A stretch of DNA of 62,387 nt, filler included, from Choristocarpus tenellus KU-1152 (GCA_964200185.2; 13 parts of 13 records of this genome joined end to end with filler, not necessarily neighbours in it); one strand, 5' to 3'; numbered from the whole stretch's first letter, positions 47,827 to 60,692 are shown. The notes: generated from the letters alone by a model not told the origin. Translations and numbers: made by a program.

Positions 47827-50453
47827 CTCTCCTCATGTGTGAATCCTCGATCTCGTGAGGTTGATTTGACCACTTGCCCTCCCCCATCTCCTCATCTGCT
47901 AATGGCAACAATGTATAATATACATTATTCACCTCTCCTCCACCCCCGGAAATCGAGCCCACCCGTATTCCAAGATGACAGGAGTTTTTCATGTTCCCTT
48001 GTTCCCCCCACTGTTTTTCCGACCTGCCTTCTTTTTTCTCCTGTTGGAATGGTGAGAGTGAAATTATCTTAGAGGGTACAAGTTTTGCCCTTGCTTGTCC
48101 ATTTGAGTCTTGGCTTTCCATAGGTTTTTCTAGTACATTTTCCTACTCCAAAATGTTTCAGAGTAGGTATCGGTTCTTGGTTTGGTTCCCAGAAGAGATT
48201 CGAGCCAAGGAATTGCCATCGATAAAAGGAGGTTAGTCATTGCGGCAAATCTCCTTTGTTGCAGTGCCTAGAGGGCAAAGACAAAGCAACATCAGATGGG
48301 CTGCATGAGAAATTTGAACCTGGAAAAGCAGCGCACATTTGCGTGTATGTGGTATTAACTGTGTTGCATTGACCCTTGACAACACTGTCCCTATAAACTA
48401 ATCACGGAAAACAATCGGTGAGGACTAGGTGAGAGGAAATAATGAGAACAAGTGGGAAAAATAGATTATGGCTCGAAGTATCTGGAGGAGGGTGGCGGCT
48501 GTCCATTTGGGGTCAATTTTTTCATGTCGCGATTTTTGNNNNNNNNNNNNNNNNNNNNNNNNNNNNNNNNNNNNNNNNNNNNTTAATTAATTAANNNNNN
48601 NNNNNNNNNNNNNNNNNNNNNNNNNNNNNNNNNNNNNNCAGAGTTAAAACCATCCGCGGAAATCCTTGTCAGCCAAGGTAACAAGCCTCTCCACAGAGCA
48701 TGGACTTCTTTCGTTGAGTATCGCATGAACGAACACTGAATTCACATCACATCATTCTGGATTGAGCAACCAAGAATACTGAATTCAAATCGCATCATTC
48801 TTGACTGAGAGATCAATGACCTCAGTTACAACAGAATAAATATACATCGGTGCTTTCCAGCAAAATCACATCTATCCATAACATAGACTACGCGTATCAC
48901 TCATCGGTGCTTCGCAAAACCATGATTCCTAATCGCTAGTAGTCTACGCATTTTGCTTACATGTGCGATGCATTCGATTCAGGTTTCAACACACTGCAAT
49001 GTGCGAGCATGAGTAAGTAGTTAGCACTTTTGTCCAGTGTATTTTATTACACCCAGTCATCACAAAAATCAAGCATTGAGCTACCAAGCTCCATGTCTTA
49101 CATACGACTACCATTCATTATCAACAGTACTTACTATCAACCGTTGCTGATGTGTAGGGCTAGGGAGTGGGGTGTATTCCACCCATACGTTACAATAAAC
49201 TACGATATACGAAAAAAACGCGTAACGGCTACCTCCAGGGCTTGGCAGAGAAGCGAATATAATAATCGTACATTAAACTTTTCAACACAATGTATCATAC
49301 AAACAAGAGCAAGTCCATCTCTCACTCCACCTCTCACTCCACCATTAAGGAGTACACATCAGGTCTGTGTGTGTACCAACAACCTCACTGCTTTTTGGAG
49401 GGGTGATAGCAACGGCAAAATGTGCAGACTTGGCTCTCGTGTTACACATCACACACACATTACTCACACATTCAAATAATTGAACAAAAACAAGAAAACT
49501 GCAAAACTAGAAAGGGCAGTCGGAACACGCAACTATTATAGTAATTCACAAGAAGAAAATAACATGGTAGCCTTGGCACGTTTCTGACACACAATACTCT
49601 CACACTTTCATCTTGTCACTAAGAGCAAGAAAAATGGACCACCCCAACACGTGACAATAAACAATTGGGGGTGTAATTAAAATTGTACAAAAAAATGCCA
49701 AGTAAAAACAACACGTTTTGTTTTGTCTTGGCATAATACGGTCCACCCTAGACAATCAATCACCTGCAATGCAAAACACTGTCTCCAATCGGCACAAAAT
49801 GAACTGACGTCCAACGGAAAATCATGCACATGGCGCACATAAAGGGATGAAAAAGAACTCTATCAACAAGAAATAAATGGAGTGCTGTGCTGCGCACAGC
49901 GTGTTTGTTCAATCCCCCTCCGTGCCGTATGTGTAGGGAACGAGGGGCAAAGAAAAGAGTGAATCCGTTGTCTCACCCATCAACACCCCTTACAACCGGA
50001 AACATTTGGTGGCCTTCCTTGTCTAAGGGCAAATCTTCACATCTGACTCCATTACAGCCAGTCTCACCCAGTTGTCCATGATCATCTTTAAAATCTGTCG
50101 GAACGATCTCAGGAGCACAGAACCCACCACATAACTCACCGACCCGATCAAGGCCTTAACCCCCACCGACCTTTCTCCCAGGTATTTCCTCGAGGAAAAG
50201 AAAATGCTATACACAACAAAACAATAGTCGCCCTCGAAGCGAGGAGCCGGTCCAACAATAGGCCCACATTTTATACACATTTTATGTTGCTATCCACCTG
50301 CCTTTTTGATTCATCTATCTATATCTCTTCAGAGTGCCAACCAGCACCTCGTACCCCCACGCACCCTGCTGTGGTGGGGAGGCATACCTAGCCCACGCCA
50401 GTCCAACCAACCTGGCCTTGATCACCAGCTGGCCCCCCTCTTTCGTACAAGAA

Positions 50454-52806
50454 TCAAGACACAGGAGCACTTATGGCAGCCAAGAACGCTGCCTCATACA
50501 GCTCACTCTCATGATCATCAAACCCGTTGGTTATACTTCCACCCATTATTGATTGCCAGTAACCAGCAAAGAAGTCAAACCAAGAACGAGGCCCGATATT
50601 TCCTCTGTGTTTTGTAGTGTTTATTCGGAGCGGCGAGCAGGGGAAGGGAGTAGAGCACAAGACGAAACGGGTGAAAGGAGGAGGGAAGAGTATGGTGAGG
50701 GGCGTAAGCAGGAGAGGGGAAGGGGGAGTTCCCCATGGAAGTTTGGTCCAGTAAGCTGTGCTACCTGCTGGGCGTAACTGGAGCTCAACGGATATATTGT
50801 CTAAACCCATCCGATGTCGGCAGCAGCCTTTCAGCATCTTTTGGAACTGTGTCCTTGCTGACAAATTGTAACGTGCAAGAGATGGAAAACACACATACCC
50901 GTAAAAAAAAGAGGGTAGTCCTAACAACTTTGGGAGTCAACAGCGCAGGAACCCTTCCTACAGGACCAATGACACAAGCACTACTGGGGGGAAAGATCGA
51001 TGATTTCTCCGGTTCTCTTGAACTCTAAGGACCTGTCAATGATTCTTCAATGTGCGACAAAGCTGATGAAGGCTTCTACGCAAAATCAATGGGGGGAGAC
51101 GAAATTGGCAGACAGGAAGCGCAAGCGAGATGAGTTTCCCAACTACAGAAAAACTGTTGGCAGATCACCGTCATCTTCGCTCCCTCCCCACAATCCCCAC
51201 ACGGGACTGTATCCAGCACAGGAACACAACGCTTGCAAAATTACGGACTGCCGCACACCTCTCAAAACAACAACCTATTACGCTACGCATTTTGAAGAAA
51301 ATCACCTCGGGTCAATGTAGATCTCAGTGCCCACATGCTTCAGAATGGGGGGCACCCGAGCGACGAGGTCGTTGTTGTTCACCGCTCGGAATGTCCTGGC
51401 CCGGAGGGCCTTATCATATACTGTTGCATACTCCCTGCTGAACACCCTGAGGGAGGAGAAGGTGCGCAACAAAGAGGAAGAGACAGCAGCAGGAAATCGA
51501 CACGTTTCGGGACATTTGACACAAGAAAAGGTAAACGACAACGCATACAATGCTTAGTATACATAAATATATACAATATTTGGTGAATGTACTGATATGA
51601 TCACGTTACACTATTCATCATTACCCATCTTGGCCAACCACATGGTCAACCACTCAACGGATTTCCATTTATCTGCCCATATATATATACCTTGGGCTGC
51701 CAATGGTGTACACGCCAGCTACCGACACATCAGGGACGTCAAGCTCCAGCTGTGCGGCGGCAATAGATGCCAATGCCCCACCAAGCGAGTGACCGCTTAG
51801 GAAAATTGGACGGTCCGGATTGGAAGCCCCAAGCGACCTTACCGTCCCAAGGATGCCCTCAAACCCCTTCCTATCGCCCCAAAGGCTGTTCAGAGCGGTA
51901 TGGAAGCCCTATGGAACGATGCAATCAACATTAGAATCGTGGGGAACACGCCATGCCGGTAGGAAGGGTTGAAGGGTTGAAGGGTTAGATGGGTTGACTT
52001 CACACGACCGGCACGATGCGGGCAGGGGAGGCAAAGGCGGATACAATGTGTTTGTGTGTGAGTAGGGTTGAGGTGATGGTCTTGGAATACACCAGCAGCA
52101 CCTATTCCTAGACAAGGCAATCAGGATGGACAGCGAGCAGTGTAAGAGGACAATGATGGCAACAGCCGAACCTGAGGTCTTACCAACGACAGGTAGATAC
52201 ACAAGGATACCTTTCCCAGTCGATCTATCTCTTTCTCCATTCACCATGTCAACCTCAGGGCATCAAACCCTCATGTCCACGCTCGACACTTGCAAGGCAA
52301 TTGAGACAGTATATCCTCATCTCACCTTGTGGACAACACCATGCTTTGTCTCCTTGTACAAGATATCGAGATTTATCCACCAGTCCGCACCTTGGTCAGT
52401 TCCGCGGAAGACTACTGCCACATGACTAGCTTGGGCCGCTACATAGCCCTGGGTATTGTTATCCTAGAGGGCAGGGGGGGTACGAGGGGCGCGGGAGAAG
52501 GAATTCCGCGTGAGTTCCAACAATGATAACGAACCAACTGCATACGAGTGTGGGAAATCTCCACCTCGCCAACACTCACTCCGGGCGGTACACCAATTCC
52601 TTTCTTCGCCTCACCTCAGATTTCAGCCAAAAGACGTCCGTGTACCCGAGCTTGTCAAAGAGCTCAGATTTCGCGATATCTTCAGTCTCGTAGGCCACGA
52701 TACTAAGGCGTGCAAAGTAGTGCGCGTTGGTCGCTGAGAAACCTTCAGCCGAAGGTTCCAGCTTGTACTCGGTAGCCGGCTGAGACTGCCCCACCTTGTC
52801 TACCAT
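50454..52806 (-). CDS. Class 3 lipase (alpha/beta hydrolase), complete, 279 aa; exons 52806-52615, 52463-52326, 51908-51691, 51446-51306, 50604-50454
   Basis: NAHYFARLSIVAYE, VAVVFRGTD..ADWWINL, GVVHKGFH, nucleophile IFLSGHSLGGALA, VYTIGSPRV, NNNDLVARVPP, HVGTEIYI and C-terminal DDH...Y. 840 nt, GT-AG introns, intact frame. Confidence 0.95.
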
Positions 52807-53670
52807 TGTCACGCTGCTGCTGCTTGTAAAATCGATTTGGAAAAAAGTCCTTCTGTTTGGTTGAGGAGAGCACAAGACTTGCGGTCGACCAACAGCGCAC
52901 ACATACGTTTGTGAAAAATATCGTAGAAAGAAGGACAAACGGTCAGCCCAACCAACCCAGCCAGCCCAGGCAGCAGCCCGGTGAGTGCACAGGATAACTT
53001 GCCCCGTGTCATATTGTGGAAAATCAAGAAGTGATTGATGACCCCCAACAAGAGCAGATGGAAGACCACCGCACTTGAGACAACAGGCAAGGTCACACAC
53101 AACAATGCGGAAGATAGTACACTATCGCTATCGAGCATGCGACGATCATCGTACCTATCACTAGCGACACGCGACGTCACGGTGCTCATCACCAAACCCT
53201 TTCTCAGCTCACCAAACTTGCAATCCCAAAACGCTCACCCTTTCGTTCCCACGGGCTTCGAAAGTTGGTCCAAACAGATAGCGTGGCTCTTCTCTCACTC
53301 TCGACGAATTGTTTGTTGTTATGCGGACTGAACCTTTCTGCTCACGAGGTGTGCAATGGGTCCCGGGTGAGCTCAGGCCCTGGTCATGTTCAAATTTGGG
53401 TTATTTACTTTTGTACTTCTTGCCCTTTACCTCCCCAAAATACCACTCACGAAGAGATCTTCTATAATGTTCTGTAGTTTCTGTAAATATCCCCAAAAAT
53501 TATATTGGGACCCTGTAAAGAAGGTGAAGAATTCTTTGTAGGTCAAATACATTATTCATTATTATTATTATTATTACTATTATGTCTGCCTTACATTTGT
53601 GTATGGCTTTCATGCAGTCACATATATTGCAACAAGTTCAAATGTCAGATGGCATAATAAAAAAATATAT

Positions 53671-54045
53671 CAAATCCCATCTACGACAGATAGTTTCTGT
53701 CACAACAAGGCAAGTAACCCTATCCAGACGTGTCATGCGTTTCAAGCTGACGACACCAAGGAGATGGGCACGGAGGGGTTTGTTAGATTCGTGGGATACT
53801 TACTTCCCTAGCCCCTCACCCCGGAGTGCACAACTAGGCCAGGTTAGAGTCACAGGAAGGGAGGGGTGTAGCACACCTGGTAGAAAAATAGTAAATAATA
53901 GATTAATAATGTCTGTCAAATTTAATCACAACTGTAGCTTTTTTATGTGTTATTCTGACATGTGAAAAGTTTTCATTGATTGGTCTTTCCCCTGCGTGAC
54001 ACATCCATCTCCAAAATGTCAAAGGGCATAATAGTAAATATAATA
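53671..54045 (+). mobile_element. 5'-truncated CRE-like non-LTR retrotransposon (RLE C-terminus plus 3' UTR and tail)
   Basis: KSHLRQIVSVTT.QV.LSRRVMRFKL followed by a UTR ending AAAATGTCAAAGGGCATAATAG. Confidence 0.8.
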
Positions 54046-54594
54046 GATATATTGCAGTCAATATATACTTAACACACTTTACTTACATATATAATGGCAG
54101 ATCACGTTTCGGAAATCGATCCTCTAAGAACCCGTCTGCATACTTATCTTCGACAAACATTCCAATAATCCCACTTGTTTTAACGAAGGACACACAACGT
54201 CGCAAATAGTTCTTGGGGAAATTTCTTTCACATTCACACCAACTGTTACATGTATAATAGGGGGTCATTTTGATATTGGTTTGGCTTTTTCCCTGACACA
54301 TCTGCAAAATGTCAGTGTGTGAATCGTGTGATTCTCTTGGAGCGTGGTTCACTCAGGCAACGGCTGTGAAGAGGATCACCAGGCAAGACCGACGAGACGA
54401 ACCAAGACGAAACCGTAACCGAGAGGACGAGGTTATGGTTGGACAAGTGGAAGGCTGCTTGCACAATACTGTTCAGCCTGACTGACTGAGGATCTTGTGA
54501 GAGAGGATCATCAAAGAAGTGTGAGGAACTCACAACAAAGTGAAATCTTTCGTGTTTCACAACTCTGAACGAAGAAGCAGTCCCGTAGTATATA

Positions 54595-55106
54595 TTTTGT
54601 TATGCCCTCTGGCATTTTGAAGATCTGTCAGGAGAAAGACAATATAATAACAGAAGAGAACCAATGTAAATGTAACAGTTGTCGGAAATGTGAAAGATAC
54701 CTCTTTAAAATCTATTTACCATTTGACTACCAGGTATGCTGCACCACTCCCCCTGCTATGCCCCCAACCTTGCTCAGCCCTACACCACAGGGCGAAGAGC
54801 TAGGGAAGCATCCTACGAATCTGACAAGCCCCTCCTTGCCCATCTCCCTGGTGTCTCCAGCTTAAGATGTATGGCACTTCTTGGTAGAGCCACTTGTGTT
54901 GTGACATACACTATCTGTCGTAAACGGGATTTGACAACTCCTTTCCCGCTGTAGCCTCCCCCCTTTCTCCCCCCTACCGCGTACGTAGCCAACTCATCCA
55001 GAAAAAATTCTGCTTGCTTACCGAGGTGCCCAAATCCTCCCACCACGAAGGTGTCGAGGTCAAAACCACCCATAGCTGTGGCACTGGTCTCTTGAAGAGA
55101 TTGCAT
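54595..55106 (-). mobile_element. 5'-truncated CRE-like non-LTR retrotransposon (RLE domain plus 3' UTR and tail)
   Basis: FDLDTFVVGGFGHLGKQAEFFLDELATYAVGG...KGVVKSRLRQIVYVTTQVAL is the typical RLE C-terminal block. It ends in the conserved tail at about 54600. Confidence 0.85.
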
Positions 55107-55479
55107 GGATACATTATTTATGTCCTCTGATATTTTGCAGATGTGTTAGAGGGGGAAAACAAACGAAAACTAGACATATGTCAGTATAAGCCCTAAAGAA
55201 ATAAAAGATCATAAATGTGAAAACAGGGTCAAAGCATCTGGGGGGGGGGGCGTGGGCTTCCGTTTTTCACCCTTTTTTCGATTATCACTTTTTTGGGGTG
55301 NNNNNNNNNNNNNNNNNNNNNNNNNNNNNNNNNNNNNNNNNNNNTTAATTAATTAANNNNNNNNNNNNNNNNNNNNNNNNNNNNNNNNNNNNNNNNNNNN
55401 CCCCCCCCCCCCCCCTTCCCTCCTCCCACAGGCCCCCCCCCCCCCCCCCCCCCCCCAGATGCTTTGAGCCACTTCATCA

Positions 55480-56586
55480 CTGTCTCCAGCATTGGGAACC
55501 TCCATCTCAGTGCACATTGGCAAGCCATCTTCCCTGGACTGTTGCAGCACCCCACATCACCACCTGCCCCCTCCTATATTGCATGGCAACCACCAGAGCC
55601 CTACAGCAAGTCCAGTCTATCTTTGGACCCCATAAGGTCTCCCCTCCCGAAGTTATCTGGATGACACATCTATTTCTGCAAGGGAGACTATCTGCACCAC
55701 AATAGCTGCTTTTGAGCAGCTGAAAACTGATCTACCCCGATGTAGGCAACGCCCTCAACATGAACAAGACCTTTGCTGCACCTCCCCAGGGTCATTAGCC
55801 CACGCTCTCAAAATTAGAACTTCTGGCCACAGCAAGAATCAAACTGGTCCCAGATCCAAATGATTTTGTTACACTAGGGACTCCAGTGGCGACAGATGAA
55901 TTCATCCAAGCCCACATGTCTGAGGTGGTCGAACGCTCAGGGTCACGAATGCTGGCCATGCACCTGAGTGAGATGGAGGACAAACAAGTTGCCTGGCTCA
56001 TCAAGTCCTCGTCCCTCTCTCCCCACTTAGGCTATATAGGTAAGGGTCACTCCCCCCACCTAGCACACTCCACCATGGAACAAGCGACAACACCTCACTG
56101 TGGACACTAGAGAAGATAATGGAGGTAACAGACTCAGCTAGAGTCACTGACTCCTTTGAAGGGGTGTGTGAAAATGAGTCTCTTCGCCTGGAAACATACC
56201 AACAAGAACAGGCACAGATGCCCACAAGTTCGGGGGGGTTGGGCCTATCCAATATGAAACATTGCCAAGCATGCAGCCTTTGTAGGACAACTGGTGGCCA
56301 CTCTCCCCACCTTTTTAGCAAGGCAAGAAGAAGGGCCCAATGGAGAGTCTTTCTTACAAGCCATTTGCATCACCCCCACAGGTAGGGCCCTGGGATCATC
56401 AATCCGCACCCTCCTCTCAACAGGTATCCCTTCAGAAGACTTCACGGAAATTATTTCTCAAGGCTGGGTAGCCTGGGGGGTAACAACAACCCCTACACCT
56501 GCCCCAGAGGTCCACACTCTAATAGCCCATGATGCCAGGATCACAAGGAGGGCACAGCACGAAATCACCCGCCTCCTAAACAGGAG
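55480..56586 (+). mobile_element. CRE-like LINE reverse transcriptase fragment (decayed)
   Basis: PLLYCMA..ALQQV, SYLDD at 55651-55665, TLGTPVATDEFI and QAQMPTSSGGLGL, with frameshifts and stops. Confidence 0.85.
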
Positions 56587-56709
56587 AGTCAAAGTGTCTT
56601 AGAGGGTAGAGTCACGTCCTTTTGGGGGCCAAAATCCATTGTTGCGATTTTGATGTAATTTTGGCTAACCCTGTGAAAAGGTGTGTACGGAACGAGGATA
56701 TTGACCGCA

Positions 56710-57420
56710 AAGTTGTTGAGGTGAAAACTACGAGGGTCAAAAGAACTTTCGTAGTGGGTGCACGTTCGCACCTCAGCAGCAGTAGCTGTATCATTGCTGG
56801 TGGATGAGTGGGGTAGATGGGAGGCTGCTTGGACTTCTGCAAACATAACATCCAGGAGGACGCCTGTGTTCCAGTAGGGAGCTGATCCAGACCCAAAGTA
56901 TCTAGGAGGGGGGGGTGGTCTACACCAGGGTGTCCATTTGGGACAAAATCAGGAAAAGTGCATTTTACATTATCCATCCGACATAGGCAACCAAATCAAG
57001 TAATAATCGCGACATGAAAAAATTGACCCCAAATGGACAGCCACTCCCCCCCCCCCAGATACTTTGAGCCTCCAGTGTCTGCTAGTGCCCCAGCATGGAA
57101 GACCGCATCCACGCGGAAATTCCAGTACACTGTGAATGGGCTACCGTCCTCCATAGTGCAAGGGATACCCATTCCTTTGCAGAGTTGACCTAGACACTTC
57201 ACCATCGGTGTGTGTTGGCAGACCTGTCCCCTGGCCCTAGGGCAGGTACGAGCATGTCTAGTGCCAACAGTATGTCTCCTGCATCAGCCACTGGATACCT
57301 GTTGGATACGGCCTCCTCCCTCCCTAGGGATCTTCTGGCAGTGAGTCTAAACTCTAGGGGTTGTGTGGAGGCCCATGCATTTGCCCCTTGTCCACACTAG
57401 CTGAGGACCGTACGCCCAAG
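56710..57420 (-). mobile_element. CRE-like LINE CCHC knuckle plus RLE fragment, inverted relative to the adjacent RT and interrupted by MITE A
   Basis: GQGANAW...EFRLTARRSLG...C...HARTC...QH.PMV...GIPCTMEDGSPF....RVDAV..AGALAD|TGSAPYWNTGVLLDVMFAE...HY..SFDPRSFHL..FAV. Confidence 0.85.
56890..57070 (+). mobile_element. MITE family A, full length, 4-bp TSD TCCA
   Basis: TCCA|GACCCAAAGTATCT...AGATACTTTGAGCC|TCCA. Removing the element plus one TSD restores the LINE reading frame (ADTGSAPYW). Confidence 0.96.
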
Positions 57421-58219
57421 CTCATAGGTGCTTAATCAAGCCAAACATAGGGAATATATATTAAATTGCACACTCGAACAAACCAAACCTGATTTGTGGT
57501 ATAGAAATGATATAGGAGGTTCCTATCATCATAAATCTGAGCCGTCTACGTTGGGCACATCCTCACAAATCGAGGATTGAGGAGTTTGGTTCTCCATTTC
57601 TTGGGGATCCCAATCATTTGTTGTTTTTCTTGTCAAAAAGTGTTCTGTGTTTTGCACTATTGATACTTCGTGTGATTCAAAACAGAGTAATTTGTACTGT
57701 GTACTTCGGATCAAGTAATTGAGCTAAATCAACAGATGTACGAAAGGATACATTTTATGAATGTGGAGAAAGGGAAAAAATGACACTTTGTACAATTGTA
57801 GAAAGAGCCTTTGCTGGATCGAAGCGTCACTTTGTGTTTGGAAAGGGGGAGATCAATTTTGCGTACAGAGCCAAAGTATCTTAGAGGGTAGAGCCGCGTC
57901 CATTTGGGGATCAAAATACAATGTTGTGATTTTGATGNNNNNNNNNNNNNNNNNNNNNNNNNNNNNNNNNNNNNNNNNNNNTTAATTAATTAANNNNNNN
58001 NNNNNNNNNNNNNNNNNNNNNNNNNNNNNNNNNNNNNCAAAAATCGCGACATGAAAACATTGACCCCAAATGGACAGCTGCCACCCCCCTCCAGATACTG
58101 TGAGTCTCCAACTGAAGCTTTCGGAAAGAAACACAGAACAGGGCCATCAAAATAACATGCCGACTATCTAGGTACTCTGTAGAGGAGATTTTGTGCCTGA
58201 GTCCCTTCCTATCACCCAC

Positions 58220-58416
58220 CTCCCTTCTCCTAGGTCCCTGTCACTGATACTTGGGTGATTGTAGACCTCTCCCACAATGCCTCGGCCACGAAGCCATCGC
58301 CTTACAGCCTCTGCCCGTTGCCCATCAAATGAGTTCATTGATTTATCCTATCAGCAGGAGTAGGGCCCAGCTTCCATCAAAGAGGAAATATACACGAAGG
58401 TGTCTCAAGGTTGCAT

Positions 58417-58462
<46 letters not shown>

Positions 58463-60692
58463 CATTTTGGCTACTCAATCACTAATCATTCCCCTTTCCA
58501 ACAACTCCATACATCCTTCAATTCCAGTTGTACCTATCCTCTTACCTACTTCTCATACCTTGAATGCAGCATCTTCTACCACAAACGACAAGCGTTGGGA
58601 TGCCTCCTTCAGGATAACTGAGGCCCTACTGAGCTTCATATCCCTGTGCCAAACCGAGGCATGAGGCAATGCTTTGCCGGATGGTAGCTCCGATCTTTCA
58701 AGCCTCAGGTTTCTCTCCTGTTTGAGTCGTAGGGGGGGTATGCAAACTTAAAGGGTGGCTTTATAATTAGAATGTTTGCGACAGTGGATCACATAGAGAG
58801 GTAGAGAGGTAGAGAGGTAGGGAGTAGGCTTTTTTTTCTTTTACAATGATCACTCTCAGTAGTAATTCCAATAATAGTACATACAGACCCAAAGCATTAA
58901 AGAGGGTAGGGTCGTATCTGTTCGGGGTCATAAATTCAATGTTGTGATTTTGATGTAATTTTGACTATCGTATTTGTTAGCATGTGTCAATATCCTTCCT
59001 CCAGACACACCTTTCATTGTTGTATACATTTTAGGTAACTGTGTTCACACAGAAAACCGAAAAAGGGCATAAAAAATCCATGGGAAGTCAAGTCCCAAAT
59101 GGACAAACAGGGCAAGATTTCTGCCCTCTTAGACGCTTTGGGCCAAATGCTGTAGTAGCGTTGGGCAGCATCACCATGGGTTTTCGGTGCCTGGGTGTAA
59201 TTTCTTGTGAGGGACACCTACCCTGTTGGTTGTTTTGTTTTCCCCATATATATATAGTGCCAGATTGAAGGTTGTAAGTACTCAAAATATACATCCACAT
59301 TTAGTGGTTTGCTTTGATACAATTCACAGGTGTGGTTGGAATTGAGGTATTTAAAACCTATCAACCCAAAGTAAATGAGAGATATCCAGGTTTTGGGCGT
59401 TTTTTCAGTTTCAGCCAGAGCTTTTTTGTCTTTTCCAATTTACCCATATTTATATGGTTGAAGTGTTTAAGTCTGACTTCAGAGTGTTGATTTCTCTGTA
59501 GCTTGAAGTTTTTGGGGGGGAATTCAGGAAATCTCCTCTACAAATTTGCAACAATAGCCGAATTTTGCATTGACCCAAAGCTTTTAAAAGCTTAGGGCCG
59601 TGTCCGCTTGTGATCATAAACCCAATTTTGCAATCTTGATGTAGTATTGGCTATCGTGTTTGTTAGTAAGTGCCAATATCCTTGCTCCGGACACACTTTC
59701 CTAGTAGTATACATTTTAGGTAACTGTGTTCACACAGAAAACCGAAAAGGGGCATAAAAAACCGGTGGAAAGGGTCGAAAAAACGGAGGAAAACCGAAAG
59801 GGGAAAAAGGGCGAAACTCCCACCCTCTTAAATGTTTTGACTCACATATTTCTAAGCATCCTTGAAATGCAACACTGGGGTATCTCTTGTTTACTCTGAC
59901 TCATTACCTTTGGTTTGCTATGTCTGCGTCTATCCAGATAAAAGCATTCCTCAATCACAAAGCACTGTGCACATGATGAGTTCTTGTTGCAAACGGATAT
60001 CATTCCCCAAAATGAACCAAAAGATTATAAACCATACTATCGACATTGATTGGGGGATAGGGAGCACGTTACAACAGGAAACATTCCCTCCAATTGAGTA
60101 CCTTGAAATGTGAAATTGAGTCTATAGGATGCACTTGCCGTGGGACTTGTCCTAGCACCTCAACCTTGCCGTGCATTGCTCTCTTCTTTTTCCAGAATAG
60201 AGAATCAAAAACTAGTTCTAATGTTCCAGCAATACTTGTGTATATATATTCCACGCTCTAGAAAAAAATGTTCTTAACTGCAGTAGCAGTGGTTGCATCT
60301 TTCCCTTACATGTCTGTATGTACATTCCACACTCTAGAAAAACTGATTCTTTAATGCAGTAGCAGTTAGCGACTGCATCTTTCTTTTTGTTTGAGAGACA
60401 TGTTCGGGAGTGGAGCAAGCTGGCTTTATTCACGTCCAACAGCGGCTTGACAGGCTCCATCCCCAAAAGGACCCGGATTCACCACAAGCACAATGGTTTG
60501 CCAGAGGTAAAAAAGGCACGGAAGGAGAGGTGCACCGCTCAAAGGATGGTGACGTTACCTACCACATACCAAATTTCTTCGCTCGTACTCCTTCCTGATC
60601 GCCGCCACTCTTTCTTGAGATGAGTGCCTCTCGAGGAGACGCCGAGAGAACCAATGCTGGGATGCAGAAGCGTGGCTGAACATTGCCTTCAC
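58220..60692 (-). CDS. Internal exons of a hypothetical protein (60692-60570, 58717-58559, 58347-58220)
   Basis: Three stop-free exons with AG/GT borders and matching phase: VKAMFSHA...RKEYERRNL|ERNLRLERSELP...VEDAAFK|DKSMNSFDGQRAEAVRRWLRGRGIVGE... No family recognised. Confidence 0.6.
58886..59144 (+). mobile_element. MITE family B, full length
   Basis: GACCCAAAGCATTAAAGAGGGTA ... TGCCCTCTTAGACGCTTTGGGCC; body aligns with 10692-10942. Confidence 0.88.
59363..59902 (+). mobile_element. MITE family C interrupted by a family B copy (59572-59843)
   Basis: The flanks of the inner B element join into a sequence colinear with the reverse complement of 20810-21079. Confidence 0.8.

Noticed and set aside
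48736-48820. Short tandem duplications (43 bp x2 here; 12 bp x3 at about 853-889; 21 bp x2 at about 30912-30953)
   Set aside because: Ordinary slippage duplications with no further structure.
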